From the NCBI GenBank assembly GCA_963760815.1, contig CAVXEJ010000004.1, forward strand, positions 1,549,402-1,613,401: 64,000 nucleotides of DNA, given 5' to 3'. This document shows positions 40,259 through 49,900 of this stretch, piece by piece (positions within the stretch are counted from its first letter, which is position 1; each line of letters starts with the position of its first letter). The notes below the pieces were generated by a model, which searched no databases, was not told the origin of the DNA, and saw only the letters and a list, made by a program, of their open reading frames with translations. Source of the DNA: an uncultured Actinomycetes bacterium. GTDB lineage: Bacteria; Actinomycetota; Thermoleophilia; Gaiellales; Gaiellaceae. The position numbers and the translations under genes are program-made.

Positions 40259-42190
40259 CTAGCCCGGCTCGCGAGGCATCTCGGCGGCGAGATCGCGCGC
40301 GAACCCGGCGACCACCTCCTCGAGCTCCGCGTGCCGCTCCGGCTCCCAGCCGTCGAGGAGCTCGGCGATCCGCTTCTCCCGCGCGGCCACGAGGCGGTCG
40401 TGCGCCTGAACGCCGGCATCCGTCAGCCGGGAGCCGGACACCACGAACCCCCGGCCGCGCAGCTCGAGCAGCGGCCCGGCCAGCCGTTCCGGCGCGACGA
40501 CCGGCGTGTCGCCGTCGCCCATCCGGATGAGCAGCCAGGCCGCCGCGGGTGTGACCTCCACCCCGGCCCGGTCGGCCAGCCCCGCGTACGCGCGCCAGCG
40601 GTTCTCCCGCTCGGTGAGCACCGACAGCGAACGCACGAGCTCCTCGAACGAGTCAGTCGAGCGCGGCGACGCGAAGCTTTCGCCGATCCCCTCGGCCTCG
40701 ACCGTGCGGCGCAGCGGAAGCTCCTCGAGGAACCAGGTGAGCACGAAGGCGACGGCCGCGATGAACGCCGCGGCGAGGAACACGGGCCGGATCGAGGTCG
40801 CGAACGCTTCCACGTAGGCGGCGTGCACGGCCTCCGGAAGCGCGGCGATCGTGGCCGGATCGGTCGCGTCGGGAACCGCCGCGCCGGGAGGGATCCGCGA
40901 CGCGAGGTTCGTCGCGAGCTGGTTCGCGAAGATAGCGCCGAAGAGCGAGACCCCGATCGAGCCGCCGATCGACCGGAAGAGCGTCGCTCCCGATGTAGCG
41001 ACGCCCAGGAACGTGTAGTCGACCGCGTTCTGCACCGCGAGGACGAGCACCTGCATCACGAACCCGAGCCCCAGCCCGAGCAGGAGCATGTAGGCGTCGA
41101 CCTGGAGCAGGCTCGTGTCCTCCGTGATCCGCGACAGCAGCGCGAGGGCCACGGTCATGAGCGCGGTTCCGACGATCGGGAAGACGCGGTAGCGCCCGAT
41201 CCGTGAGATCAGCTGGCCGCTGCCGATCGACGTCACGAGCAGGCCGGCCATGAGCGGCAGGAGCTGCAGCCCCGAGGCCGCCGGGCTCTGGCCCTTGGCG
41301 ATCTGGAGGTAGAGCGGCAGGTAGGTGACCGACCCGAAGAGCGCGAGCCCGACGATGAAGCCGATCGCGCTCGCGACCGAGAAGACACGGTTTTGGAACA
41401 GGACGAGCGGGAGGATCGGTTCGGCCGCGCGACGCTCCACGGCGAGGAATCCCGCCACCCCGCCCGCGCCGAGGATGGCCAGCAGGACGATCGTCGGCGA
41501 GCTCCAGCCGAGCGTCGTGCCGCCGAGGCTCGTGAAGAGGACGATCGAGGTGAGCGCGAGCGCGAGGAGCGCTGCTCCCAGGTAGTCGATCGTGTGCTGG
41601 CGGCGCTCGGACGGCGCCTGCAGAACGATCGCGACGACGGCGAACGCGGCCGCGCCGATCGGGATGTTCACGTAGAAGATCCAGCGCCACGAGAGGTGCT
41701 CGACGATGAATCCGCCGGCGAGCGGCCCGATGATCGTCGCGAGGCCGAAGACGGCGCCGAACATCCCCTGGTAGCGGCCGCGGTCGCGCGGCGGGACGAT
41801 GTCGCCCACGCTGGCGATCGCCGTCACCATGAGCCCGCCGCCGCCGATTCCCTGGATGGCGCGGAACGCGATCAGCTGCGGCATGTCCTGGGCGAGCCCG
41901 CACAGCGCCGAGCCGAGCAGGAAGATCAGGATGGCCGACTGCAGCATCAGCTTGCGGCCGTACAGGTCGCCGAGCTTTCCGTAGAGCGGCGTCACGATGG
42001 TCGCGCCAAGGAGGTAGGCGGTCACCACCCAGGACAGGTGCTCGACGCCGCCGAGCTCGCCGACGATCGTCGGCAGTGCGGTCGAGACGATCGTCTGGTC
42101 GAGAGCGGCGAGGAGGACTACGAGGAGCAGGGCGCCGAAGACGACCCGCACACGCGGCTGCGCGGCGGTCGGCTCGGCGGCGGCGCTCAT
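40259..42190 (-). CDS. DHA2-type MFS efflux transporter with C-terminal MarR-like cytoplasmic extension
   Basis: From MSAAAEPTAAQPRVRVVFGALLLVVLLAALDQTIVSTALPTIV...GKLGDLYGRK; about 14 TM helices, then a ~140-aa soluble tail (WLLIRMGDGD...LELRGRGFVVSGSRLTDAG). Confidence 0.8.
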   Translation of the reverse strand: MSAAAEPTAAQPRVRVVFGALLLVVLLAALDQTIVSTALPTIVGELGGVEHLSWVVTAYLLGATIVTPLYGKLGDLYGRKLMLQSAILIFLLGSALCGLAQDMPQLIAFRAIQGIGGGGLMVTAIASVGDIVPPRDRGRYQGMFGAVFGLATIIGPLAGGFIVEHLSWRWIFYVNIPIGAAAFAVVAIVLQAPSERRQHTIDYLGAALLALALTSIVLFTSLGGTTLGWSSPTIVLLAILGAGGVAGFLAVERRAAEPILPLVLFQNRVFSVASAIGFIVGLALFGSVTYLPLYLQIAKGQSPAASGLQLLPLMAGLLVTSIGSGQLISRIGRYRVFPIVGTALMTVALALLSRITEDTSLLQVDAYMLLLGLGLGFVMQVLVLAVQNAVDYTFLGVATSGATLFRSIGGSIGVSLFGAIFANQLATNLASRIPPGAAVPDATDPATIAALPEAVHAAYVEAFATSIRPVFLAAAFIAAVAFVLTWFLEELPLRRTVEAEGIGESFASPRSTDSFEELVRSLSVLTERENRWRAYAGLADRAGVEVTPAAAWLLIRMGDGDTPVVAPERLAGPLLELRGRGFVVSGSRLTDAGVQAHDRLVAAREKRIAELLDGWEPERHAELEEVVAGFARDLAAEMPREPG

Positions 42191-42495
42191 TCGGCGTCGA
42201 GCTCGCGCTCGGCGGAGCGCAACCGTGCGAGGGCGAGGTCGAACGAGCGGGCGAGGTGCGCCTCGATCCGGCCGAGCCGCTCGCGGGCGACGCGGACGCT
42301 TTCGAGGGCGGCGTCGAGCTCGTCGAGCGCCTCGCTCATGAGCTCGAACCGCTCGACGGCCGGGAGCACGTCGCCCCAGCGGGCGCGAAGGTCCTCGAGG
42401 TGCCCCTGGGCAGCCACGAGCAGATCCGGAAGCGGCGGGTCGAGACGGAGCTCCTCCCCGAAGACGACGATCCGCTCGGTCAGTTCCTCGGCCAT
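42187..42495 (-). CDS. Hypothetical 102-aa all-helical protein, ATGA-coupled to the MFS gene
   Basis: ORF with stop/start overlap at 42187-42190. No family recognised. Confidence 0.45.
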   Translation of the reverse strand: MAEELTERIVVFGEELRLDPPLPDLLVAAQGHLEDLRARWGDVLPAVERFELMSEALDELDAALESVRVARERLGRIEAHLARSFDLALARLRSAERELDAE

Positions 42496-42550
42496 GTCCG
42501 AAAACTACCGGCGCGGCGCGGGCGCAAAACGGCGGCGGCACCTCCGGCGG

Positions 42551-42611
42551 ACACGCCCGTTCGAGCCATGCCCGGGGTCAGACCCCGGGCATGGCCAGGA
42601 AGGACACGTCC
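42551..42611 (+). repeat. REP-like palindromic element, copy 8
   Basis: acacgcccgttcgagccatgcCCGGGGTCAGACCCCGGgcatggccaggaaggacacgtcc. Confidence 0.85.
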
Positions 42612-42690
42612 GAGGGTTCGCGCAGGCGCATGCGTCCATCGGATCTTCCGCGGCGCCGGGACATGGCCAGGGACAGGGCCCGGACAATGA

Positions 42691-42744
42691 CGGTTTGGGC
42701 CATGGCCGGGGTCAGACCCCGGGCGTGGCCTGAAGGGACACGTC
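42691..42744 (+). repeat. REP-like palindromic element, copy 9 (preceded by a degenerate fragment at 42653-42690)
   Basis: cggtttgggccatggCCGGGGTCAGACCCCGGgcgtggcctgaagggacacgtc. Confidence 0.85.
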
Positions 42745-43754
42745 TAGGCGAACGCGCCGGCGTAGCCGTTCAGGGCCGGCTGACCGCCGAGATGGGCGTA
42801 CAGGACGCGTGAGCCGGGCGCGATGCGCCCGTCGCGGACGAGGTCGATGAGCGCCGCCATGGACTTGCCTTCGTAGACCGGGTCGGTGATGACGCCCTCG
42901 AGCCGCGCGCACAGGCGGATCGCCTCGATCGTCTTCTCGTCCGGAATCCCGTAGATCCCGGCGTGCCACTCGTCCAGCAGCACGATCTCCTCGTCGGCGA
43001 GCTCGCGGCCCAGGCCGATCGCCTCCGCCGTGAACCGCGCGATGCGCGCGATCTGCTCCCACGTCTGCTCCACCGTCGCCGAGCCGTCGATTCCGAGCAC
43101 CGAACGCTCCGCCTCCTGGAGCGCGAACCCGGCGACCATCCCCGCGTGCGTCGAGCCGGTCACGGCGCAGACGACGATCGTGTCGAAGAAGACGCCGAGC
43201 TCCGCCTCCTGCTCGGCGACCTCGCCCGCCCAGCGCGCGAACCCGAGCCCGCCGAGCGGATGATCCGATGCACCCGCCGGAATCGGATACGGCTTGCCGC
43301 CGCGCTCGAGGACCGAGTCGAGCGCCTCCTGCCAGCTCGGCCTGATCCCGATGTCGAACCCGGCCGCATCGAGCCGCACGTCGGCGCCCATGATCCGCGA
43401 CAGGAGGATGTTGCCGACCCGGTCGTACACGGGATCGTCCCAGTCCACCCAGTGCTCCTGGACGAGCACGCAGCCGAGCCCGAGGTGCGCGGCGACCGCG
43501 GCGACCTGGCGCGTGTGGTTCGACTGGACGCCGCCGATCGAGACGAGCGTGTCGCAGCCCTGCGCGAGCGCCTCGGCGGCCAGGTACTCGAGCTTGCGCA
43601 CCTTGTTCCCGCCGTAGGCGAGCCCCGAGCTCACGTCCTCGCGCTTGGCCCAGATCTCGACCTCGCCGCCGAGGTGCTCGCTCAGCCGCTCGAGCCGATG
43701 CACCGGCGACGGCCCGAACGTGAGCGGAACGCGATCGAAGTCGGCGAGAGCCAT
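42744..43754 (-). CDS. acdS: 1-aminocyclopropane-1-carboxylate deaminase
   Basis: [21 protein letters not shown]...[11 protein letters not shown] (PLP Lys)...[21 protein letters not shown]...DPVYEGKSM...[10 protein letters not shown]. The YE and L signatures fit a true ACC deaminase rather than a D-Cys desulfhydrase. Confidence 0.85.
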   Translation of the reverse strand: MALADFDRVPLTFGPSPVHRLERLSEHLGGEVEIWAKREDVSSGLAYGGNKVRKLEYLAAEALAQGCDTLVSIGGVQSNHTRQVAAVAAHLGLGCVLVQEHWVDWDDPVYDRVGNILLSRIMGADVRLDAAGFDIGIRPSWQEALDSVLERGGKPYPIPAGASDHPLGGLGFARWAGEVAEQEAELGVFFDTIVVCAVTGSTHAGMVAGFALQEAERSVLGIDGSATVEQTWEQIARIARFTAEAIGLGRELADEEIVLLDEWHAGIYGIPDEKTIEAIRLCARLEGVITDPVYEGKSMAALIDLVRDGRIAPGSRVLYAHLGGQPALNGYAGAFA

Positions 43755-43783
43755 GCGCGGATTCTCTCAGTAGTCTGCGCCGC

Positions 43784-45049
43784 ATGAGCGACGACGGCTT
43801 CCGTTCCGACCTCGCCCGCGAGACCGCACCCGGCGCGCTCGAGCGGTTCCTGCGCTACGCGCGCATCGACACGCAGGCCGACCCGACCTCGGACACCGTT
43901 CCCTCGACCGCCAAGCAGCTCGACCTCTCCCGACTGCTCGTGGAGGAGTTGCACGAGCTCGGGCTCGAAGACGCCTTCCTCGACGACCAGGGCTACGTCC
44001 TAGCGACCGTGCCTGCCACCGTCGACCGGCAGATCCCGACGATCGCCCTCCTCGCCCACGTCGACGTCGCCTCGGACGCGCCTGCGGACAACGTGCAGCC
44101 CCAGGTGATCCGCTACGACGGAAGCCGTGTGCCTTTGCCCGGCGATCCCGCGATCGCCCTCGATCCCGAGGTGAGCCCGAAGCTCCTCGACCACGTCGGA
44201 CACGAGCTGGTGACGAGCGACGGGACGACGCTCCTCGGCGCCGACAACAAGGCCGGGGTCGCGGCGATCATGGCGGCCGCCGAGTACCTGCTCGCCCACC
44301 CGGAGCTCGAGCACGGGCCGCTTCGGATCTGCTTCACGCGCGACGAGGAGATCGGGACCGGCACGAACGGGCTCGCGCTGGAGAGCCTCGGCGCCGAGGC
44401 CGCCTACACGATCGACGGCTCGACCGCCGGCGAGATCGAGAACGAGACCTGGACCGCGCGCGAGGCGACGATCACGTTCACCGGCGTCGCCGTCCACCCG
44501 GGCTCGGCCAAGGACCGGCTCGTGAACGCGCTCAAGGCCGCCGCCCACTTCGTCGCCGCGCTGCCGCCCGACTCGCTCTCGCCGGAGACGACCGAGGGCC
44601 GTGACGGCTTCGTCCACCCCTGGCGGGCATCCGGGAACAGCGAGGTCTTCACGCTGGTGATGATCCTGCGCGCCTTCGACGACGACTCGCTCGCCGAGAA
44701 GGAGCAGCTCGTGCGCCGGCTCGCCGACGAGGCCGTCGCCGCCTACCCCGGCTCCGCGGTCAAGATCGCGGTGATCGAGCAGTACCGCAACATGAAGGAG
44801 TACCTCGACGGCCATCCGCAGGTACTCGACAAGGCGATGGAAGCCGTGCGGCGCACCGGGATCGAGCCGACGCTGCACGAGATCCGCGGCGGCACCGACG
44901 GCTCGAAGCTCTCCGAGCGCGGCCTCCCCACGCCGAACCTCCCCACCGGCGGACACGACTTCCACGCCCGCAACGAATGGCTCTGCGTCGCCGACCTCGG
45001 CGCTGCCGTCGCGACGATGGTGCACCTGGCCCAGATCTGGGCCGAATGA
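43784..45049 (+). CDS. pepT: Peptidase T (M20B tripeptidase)
   Basis: LERFLRYARIDTQADP...LLAHVDV...GADNKAGVAAIM...TRDEEIG...GGTDGS. 421 aa. Confidence 0.85.
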   Translation: MSDDGFRSDLARETAPGALERFLRYARIDTQADPTSDTVPSTAKQLDLSRLLVEELHELGLEDAFLDDQGYVLATVPATVDRQIPTIALLAHVDVASDAPADNVQPQVIRYDGSRVPLPGDPAIALDPEVSPKLLDHVGHELVTSDGTTLLGADNKAGVAAIMAAAEYLLAHPELEHGPLRICFTRDEEIGTGTNGLALESLGAEAAYTIDGSTAGEIENETWTAREATITFTGVAVHPGSAKDRLVNALKAAAHFVAALPPDSLSPETTEGRDGFVHPWRASGNSEVFTLVMILRAFDDDSLAEKEQLVRRLADEAVAAYPGSAVKIAVIEQYRNMKEYLDGHPQVLDKAMEAVRRTGIEPTLHEIRGGTDGSKLSERGLPTPNLPTGGHDFHARNEWLCVADLGAAVATMVHLAQIWAE

Positions 45050-45050
45050 G

Positions 45051-45124
45051 GGTGGCGGATGGGACTCGAACCCACGACAACCGGGACCACAACCCGGGGC
45101 TCTACCAACTGAGCTACCGCCACC
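45051..45124 (-). tRNA. tRNA-His (anticodon GTG, encoded G-1)
   Basis: G-GTGGCGGTAGCTCAGTTGGTAGAGCCCCGGGTTGTGGTCCCGGTTGTCGTGGGTTCGAGTCCCATCCGCCACC. Confidence 0.9.
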
Positions 45125-45170
45125 TCGCTGCATTCATCCTAGCGTCGGCACTTGCTACGGTCGCCCGCGG

Positions 45171-45243
45171 GCGCCTGTAGCTCAGTGGACAGAGCGGCGG
45201 ACTTCTAATCCGCGGGTCGGAGGTTCGAATCCTCCCAGGCGCA
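45171..45243 (+). tRNA. tRNA-Arg (anticodon TCT)
   Basis: GCGCCTGTAGCTCAGTGGACAGAGCGGCGGACTTCTAATCCGCGGGTCGGAGGTTCGAATCCTCCCAGGCGCA. Confidence 0.9.
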
Positions 45244-45247
45244 TAGG

Positions 45248-45274
45248 CACGGGGGAAACCGGGTTTCCCCCGTG
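45248..45274 (+). terminator. Perfect 12-bp hairpin immediately after tRNA-Arg (no U-tract)
   Basis: cacgggggaaac-cgg-gtttcccccgtg. Confidence 0.45.
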
Positions 45275-45443
45275 GGCCCCCTCCTAACCGCGGGATCCGA
45301 GAGCCGTTGGGAGCCGCGCCCGCCATGTCGGTCGCGGCGGCGGCTGGGCCAATGGGGGACGCAGATCGAGGGATGGCCAAGAACGGCTCTCCATGCCGAT
45401 TTCTCCCTTGCACAACTGATTGCGGCGCACGAAGGGAATCGTC

Positions 45444-45854
45444 ATGCGACTTCGCGTCCTGCTCTCAGGGTTCGGCTTCTTTCTCACAGCACTCGTGATC
45501 GCCTGGGGGCCGGTCGCCGCCAGCGCGCACGGAGCCGTGGCGTGCACGATCAAGGGGACGAACGGTCCCGACCAGCTGCTCGGGACCTCGCGCAAGGACG
45601 TGATCTGCGGGTACGGCGGAAACGACATCATCGCCGGCCTCTCCGGGAACGACATCCTCAAGGGCGGCGCGGGCAACGACCGCATCCAGGGCGACGCGGG
45701 CAACGACCGCCTCTTCGGCGGGCCCGGCCGCGACACGCTCTACGGCTACGACGGCGCCCGCGACTGGCTCGACGGCGGAACCGGCTACGACCAGGGCTAC
45801 CGCGACCGCACGGTCGACTCGATCAAGAACGTCGAGCGCTACCCAGGGCTCTAG
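45444..45854 (+). CDS. Small secreted protein with hemolysin-type (RTX, GGxGxD) calcium-binding repeats
   Basis: Signal peptide [28 protein letters not shown], then [50 protein letters not shown] lies 7 nt before the ATG. Confidence 0.75.
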   Translation: MRLRVLLSGFGFFLTALVIAWGPVAASAHGAVACTIKGTNGPDQLLGTSRKDVICGYGGNDIIAGLSGNDILKGGAGNDRIQGDAGNDRLFGGPGRDTLYGYDGARDWLDGGTGYDQGYRDRTVDSIKNVERYPGL

Positions 45855-46927
45855 GCCGAAGACGCGGCCCGGCGTTCGCGCTGGTACGCGAGCACCTCGC
45901 GGAGGATCGCCAGGATCGACCCGGCCGTCGGGATCGCGACGAGCGCCCCGAGGATCCCCGCCAGCTCGGCGCCGATCAGCACCGAGATCAGCACGAGGAG
46001 CGGCGAGAGCTGCACCGTCCGGCCGTAGACGAGCGGCTGGAGCACGTGGTTTTCGAGCTGCTGGTAGCAGATGAAGAACACCGCGACGATGACCGCCTGG
46101 ACCCAGCCGAGCTCCACCGTCACGACCGCCGTCACAATGATCGCGGCCAGGGTGGCGCCGGCAAGCGGGATCAGGTCGAGGACGGCCACGACCACGCCGA
46201 GCGCGACCGCGTACTTCGAGTCCACGAGCAGCAGGACGATCGTGGCGGCGATCCCCGCGATGAGGCTGATGGCCAGGTTCCCGGTCACGTAGCCGCCGAT
46301 CGTCTTGTAGATCTCGCCGCCGACGCGCTCCCACCGGGCGGCCATCGACTTCGGGAGCAGGCCGAGGAACCGCTCGATCACGGTCGGGCCCTCGAGGAGC
46401 ATGAAGAAGGTGAGGAACGCGATCGTGACCGCGCCGACGACGGCGGTGACGACGCTCTTCGCAACGGCGACCGCGGGCTCGGTCACGCCGAGGACGCCGC
46501 CGAGGCCGTGCTTCTCGATCGCCTCGCGCACGCGTTCGACGATCTGGTAGTCGCGCTCCAGGAATCCGAGCGGCCCGCGGCCCTTCGTCAGGTCGTCGAT
46601 CAGGTCGGGGACGGCCTCGATGAAGTCGCGGATCTGGGTGACGAGCGGCGGGATGACGAGGAAGCCGAGCCCGGCGAGCGCGAGCAGCGCCGCGACGAAC
46701 ACGATCCCCGCCGCCATTCCCCTGCGGATCCCGCGCCGGATCAGGAATTCCACGGCCGGATTGAGCGCCGCCGCGAGGAAGAGCGCGATCAGGATCCACG
46801 TGATGACATGCCAGGCCAGGTAGACGAGCGCAATGCCGAAGAAGACGAGCAGCACGATCCCCAGGATCTGGAGCACGGTCCGGGGCCTGACGACCACCAC
46901 GCGAGTCGCTTCTTCGGGCATGAACAC
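45851..46927 (-). CDS. AI-2E family (PerM/UPF0118) transporter
   Basis: 358 aa polytopic; [23 protein letters not shown]...[16 protein letters not shown]...[12 protein letters not shown]. Confidence 0.85.
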   Translation of the reverse strand: MFMPEEATRVVVVRPRTVLQILGIVLLVFFGIALVYLAWHVITWILIALFLAAALNPAVEFLIRRGIRRGMAAGIVFVAALLALAGLGFLVIPPLVTQIRDFIEAVPDLIDDLTKGRGPLGFLERDYQIVERVREAIEKHGLGGVLGVTEPAVAVAKSVVTAVVGAVTIAFLTFFMLLEGPTVIERFLGLLPKSMAARWERVGGEIYKTIGGYVTGNLAISLIAGIAATIVLLLVDSKYAVALGVVVAVLDLIPLAGATLAAIIVTAVVTVELGWVQAVIVAVFFICYQQLENHVLQPLVYGRTVQLSPLLVLISVLIGAELAGILGALVAIPTAGSILAILREVLAYQRERRAASSA

Positions 46928-46998
46928 AAGTGTCCCAGCGAGGTCAGACAGCCTCTAAAGGGGGTTCAGACGACCCGCCCGAAGTGCGACATTCATTG

Positions 46999-49900
46999 GT
47001 GGTGCCCAAACACGCGCTGCGGCTTGGCCTGAGTCTCTCCGGGGTCCTTCTTCTCGCCATTGGTGCGGGAGGCTCCAGCGCGGCCGAAACGCATCTTGCG
47101 AAGCGCGTTGCAGCGCCGACGAGCGTCGGCCGGGCCGACATCGAGGGAACGCTTGCGAACGACCAGGTGATCGTCCGCTTCAAGGCCGGCACGACCGCGG
47201 CCGAGCGCAGCGACGCCCTCGACGAGGTCGACGCGACCGTCGACCGGACGCTGCTCCCGCGGATGCAGGTCGTGGACCTGCCCGACGACGTCGCGGTCGG
47301 CGAGGCGGTCGGCACGCTCGAGGCGAACCCCGACGTCGCCTACGCGGAGCCGAACTTCGAGCGCAAGGCGGCCGCGATCCCGAACGATCCCGAGTACCCG
47401 GAGCTCTGGGCGCTGCCGAAGATGGGCATGCCTGCGGCCTGGGACCTCGCGACCGGCAGCACGAGCGTGATCGTCGCCGTGATCGACACGGGCGTCGCCT
47501 ACGACCATCCCGACCTCGCGCCGAACATCTGGACGAACGACGATCCGGCGGGCGGCGGCGACTCCGACGGCAACGGCTTCGTCGACGACACACACGGGTG
47601 GGACTTCGTCCAGGAGGACGCCGTGCCGCTCGACTTCCACTACCACGGCACGCACGTGGCCGGGACGATCGGCGCCAAGGGCAACAACAACCTCGGCCTC
47701 CCCGGCGTCAACTGGGACGTCTCGCTGATGCCCGTCCGCGCCGGCGACTTCTACGGCTCGTTCGACTCCTCGGACACGATCGCCGCCTACACCTACGCCT
47801 GCCAGAACGGCGCGCGCGTGGTGAACGGCAGCTTCGGCGGGCCCGGGTTCTCCCAGGCCGAGCTCGACGCGATCAACTCGCCCGCGTGCGCGAACACGCT
47901 CTTCGTCTTCGCCGCAGGGAACGACGGCTACAACATGGACACCGTCGGGCCGCTCGAGTACCCGTGCGCCTACAACACGGCGCGGATCATCTGCGTCGCG
48001 GCGAGCAACGAGACCGACGGGCGCGCATCGTTTTCGAACTACGGCGCGACGAGCGTCGACATCGCGGCGCCCGGCACCGACATCTTCAGCGCCAGCCCCG
48101 TCTGGGACTTCGTCGGCCAGCTCGAGAGCTTCGAGGACCCCGGGTTCGGCGCCCGCTGGGCCCTCCCGACGGCCACGAACGGCGGGCCGCTTTGGGGACG
48201 CACCGCCGAGTTCAAGTCGGCGGCGACATTCAGCCTCGCCGACTCGCCGTCGGTCGTCACGGGCACGCCGATCCCCTACGCGAACAACACGATCAACCAG
48301 GTCGTGAACGATCTGGAGCTGGCGGATCTGACCGGCAAGCGCGGGTGCTTCCTCCAGTACGACCTGCGCCACGACATCGACGTGGGCGACTTCCTTCGGA
48401 TCTACGGCGGTACGACCAACGTGCCTGCGGCGATCACCACCGAGATCGTCTCGCTCTGGAGCATCTCGCCGAGCACGGAGTTCGTGCTCGTCCAGGACGA
48501 CCTCTCGATGTTCGACGGCGCACCCGCCGTTTACCTGAAGGTCCAGCTCGAATCGAACAACGACGGGAACGTCGGCGACGGCGCCTTCCTCGACGCGGTC
48601 GGCGCGGTGTGCCTCGACCCCGGCGTCGAGAACTACCAGCGCCTCGACGGAACCTCGATGGCCGCGCCGCAGGTTTCCGGCGTCGCCGCGCTCATGATTG
48701 CGCGCAACCCCGATCTGACCGTCACGCAGACGCGGAACATCATCCTGGCGACGGCCAACACGGTCCCCGGCTTCTCCGTCCCGGTTCCGCTCGTCGCCAC
48801 CGGCGCACGGCTCGACGCGCTCGACGCCGTCGAGCACGCAGTCCTGCCGCCCGCACCCACGATCGGGCTGGGCCCCTCCGGCTCGGTTTCTTCGACCGCG
48901 GCCACATTTGCCTTCACCGGCGAGGTCGGCGCGGTCGAGTGCCGCCTCGACGCCGCGCCGTTCGCGCAGTGCGTCTCGCCGGTCGACTACACGGGCCTCG
49001 CACAGGGCGAGCACACCTTCCGCGTCCGCGCGACGAGCCCCGCCGGGCCGTCGGACACGACCACGCGCGTCTGGACCGTGGACACGATCGCCCCGGCCGC
49101 GCCCACGATCGACTCGGGCCCGACCGGCGCCGTCTCGTCCACCACCGCGACCTTCACGATCTCGAACGTCGAGGGCGGGCTGACCTTCGAGTGCAGCCTC
49201 GACGGCGGCGCGTTCGCCGTCTGCTCCTCGCCGGCGGTCTTCAACGGCCTGAGCGAGGCCCCGCACACGCTCGACGTCCGCGCGAAGGACGCCGCCGGGA
49301 ACACCTCGGGGACGACCTCGCGCAACTGGATCGTCTCGCTCGTGGACACGCCGACGATCGACTCCGGCCCCTCAGGCGCGGTCTCCTCCACGGCGGCGTC
49401 GTTCGCGTTCACCGACGTCGAGGGTGGAACGACGCTCGAGTGCAGCCTCGACGCGGCGCCGTTCGCCGTCTGCACCTCACCGAGGAACTACTCGAGCCTG
49501 GCCCAGGGCTCGCACACGTTCCAGGTGCATGCCGTGAACGGGCTCGGAAGCGTCTCCGACCCCGCGAGCCGCACCTGGACCGTGGACACGGTCGACCCGG
49601 TCGCGCCGACGATCGACACCGGGCCCACAGGGCTCGTCGCCTCGACCGCCGCCTCCTTCACCTTCTCGAACGTCGAGGGCGGGCTCGTCTTCGAGTGCAA
49701 GCTCGACAGCGACCCGTTCGCCGCGTGCACCTCGCCGGTCGACCTGACGAGCCTCGGGCAGGGCTCGCACACCTTCCAGATCCGGGCCAAGGACGCCGCG
49801 GGGAACACCTCGCCGGCCGCCTCGCGCACCTGGACGGTCGACACGGTCGCGCCCCCCACGCCGACGATCGACACCGGCCCGACCGGAACCGTCGCCTCGA

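Noticed and set aside
37292-45243. An integrative element or prophage at the tRNA cluster (tRNA-Leu, Arg, His, Arg).
   Set aside because: No integrase, excisionase, phage or conjugation genes are present, and no direct repeat of a tRNA 3' end was found. Only REP enrichment and accessory metabolism genes are present.
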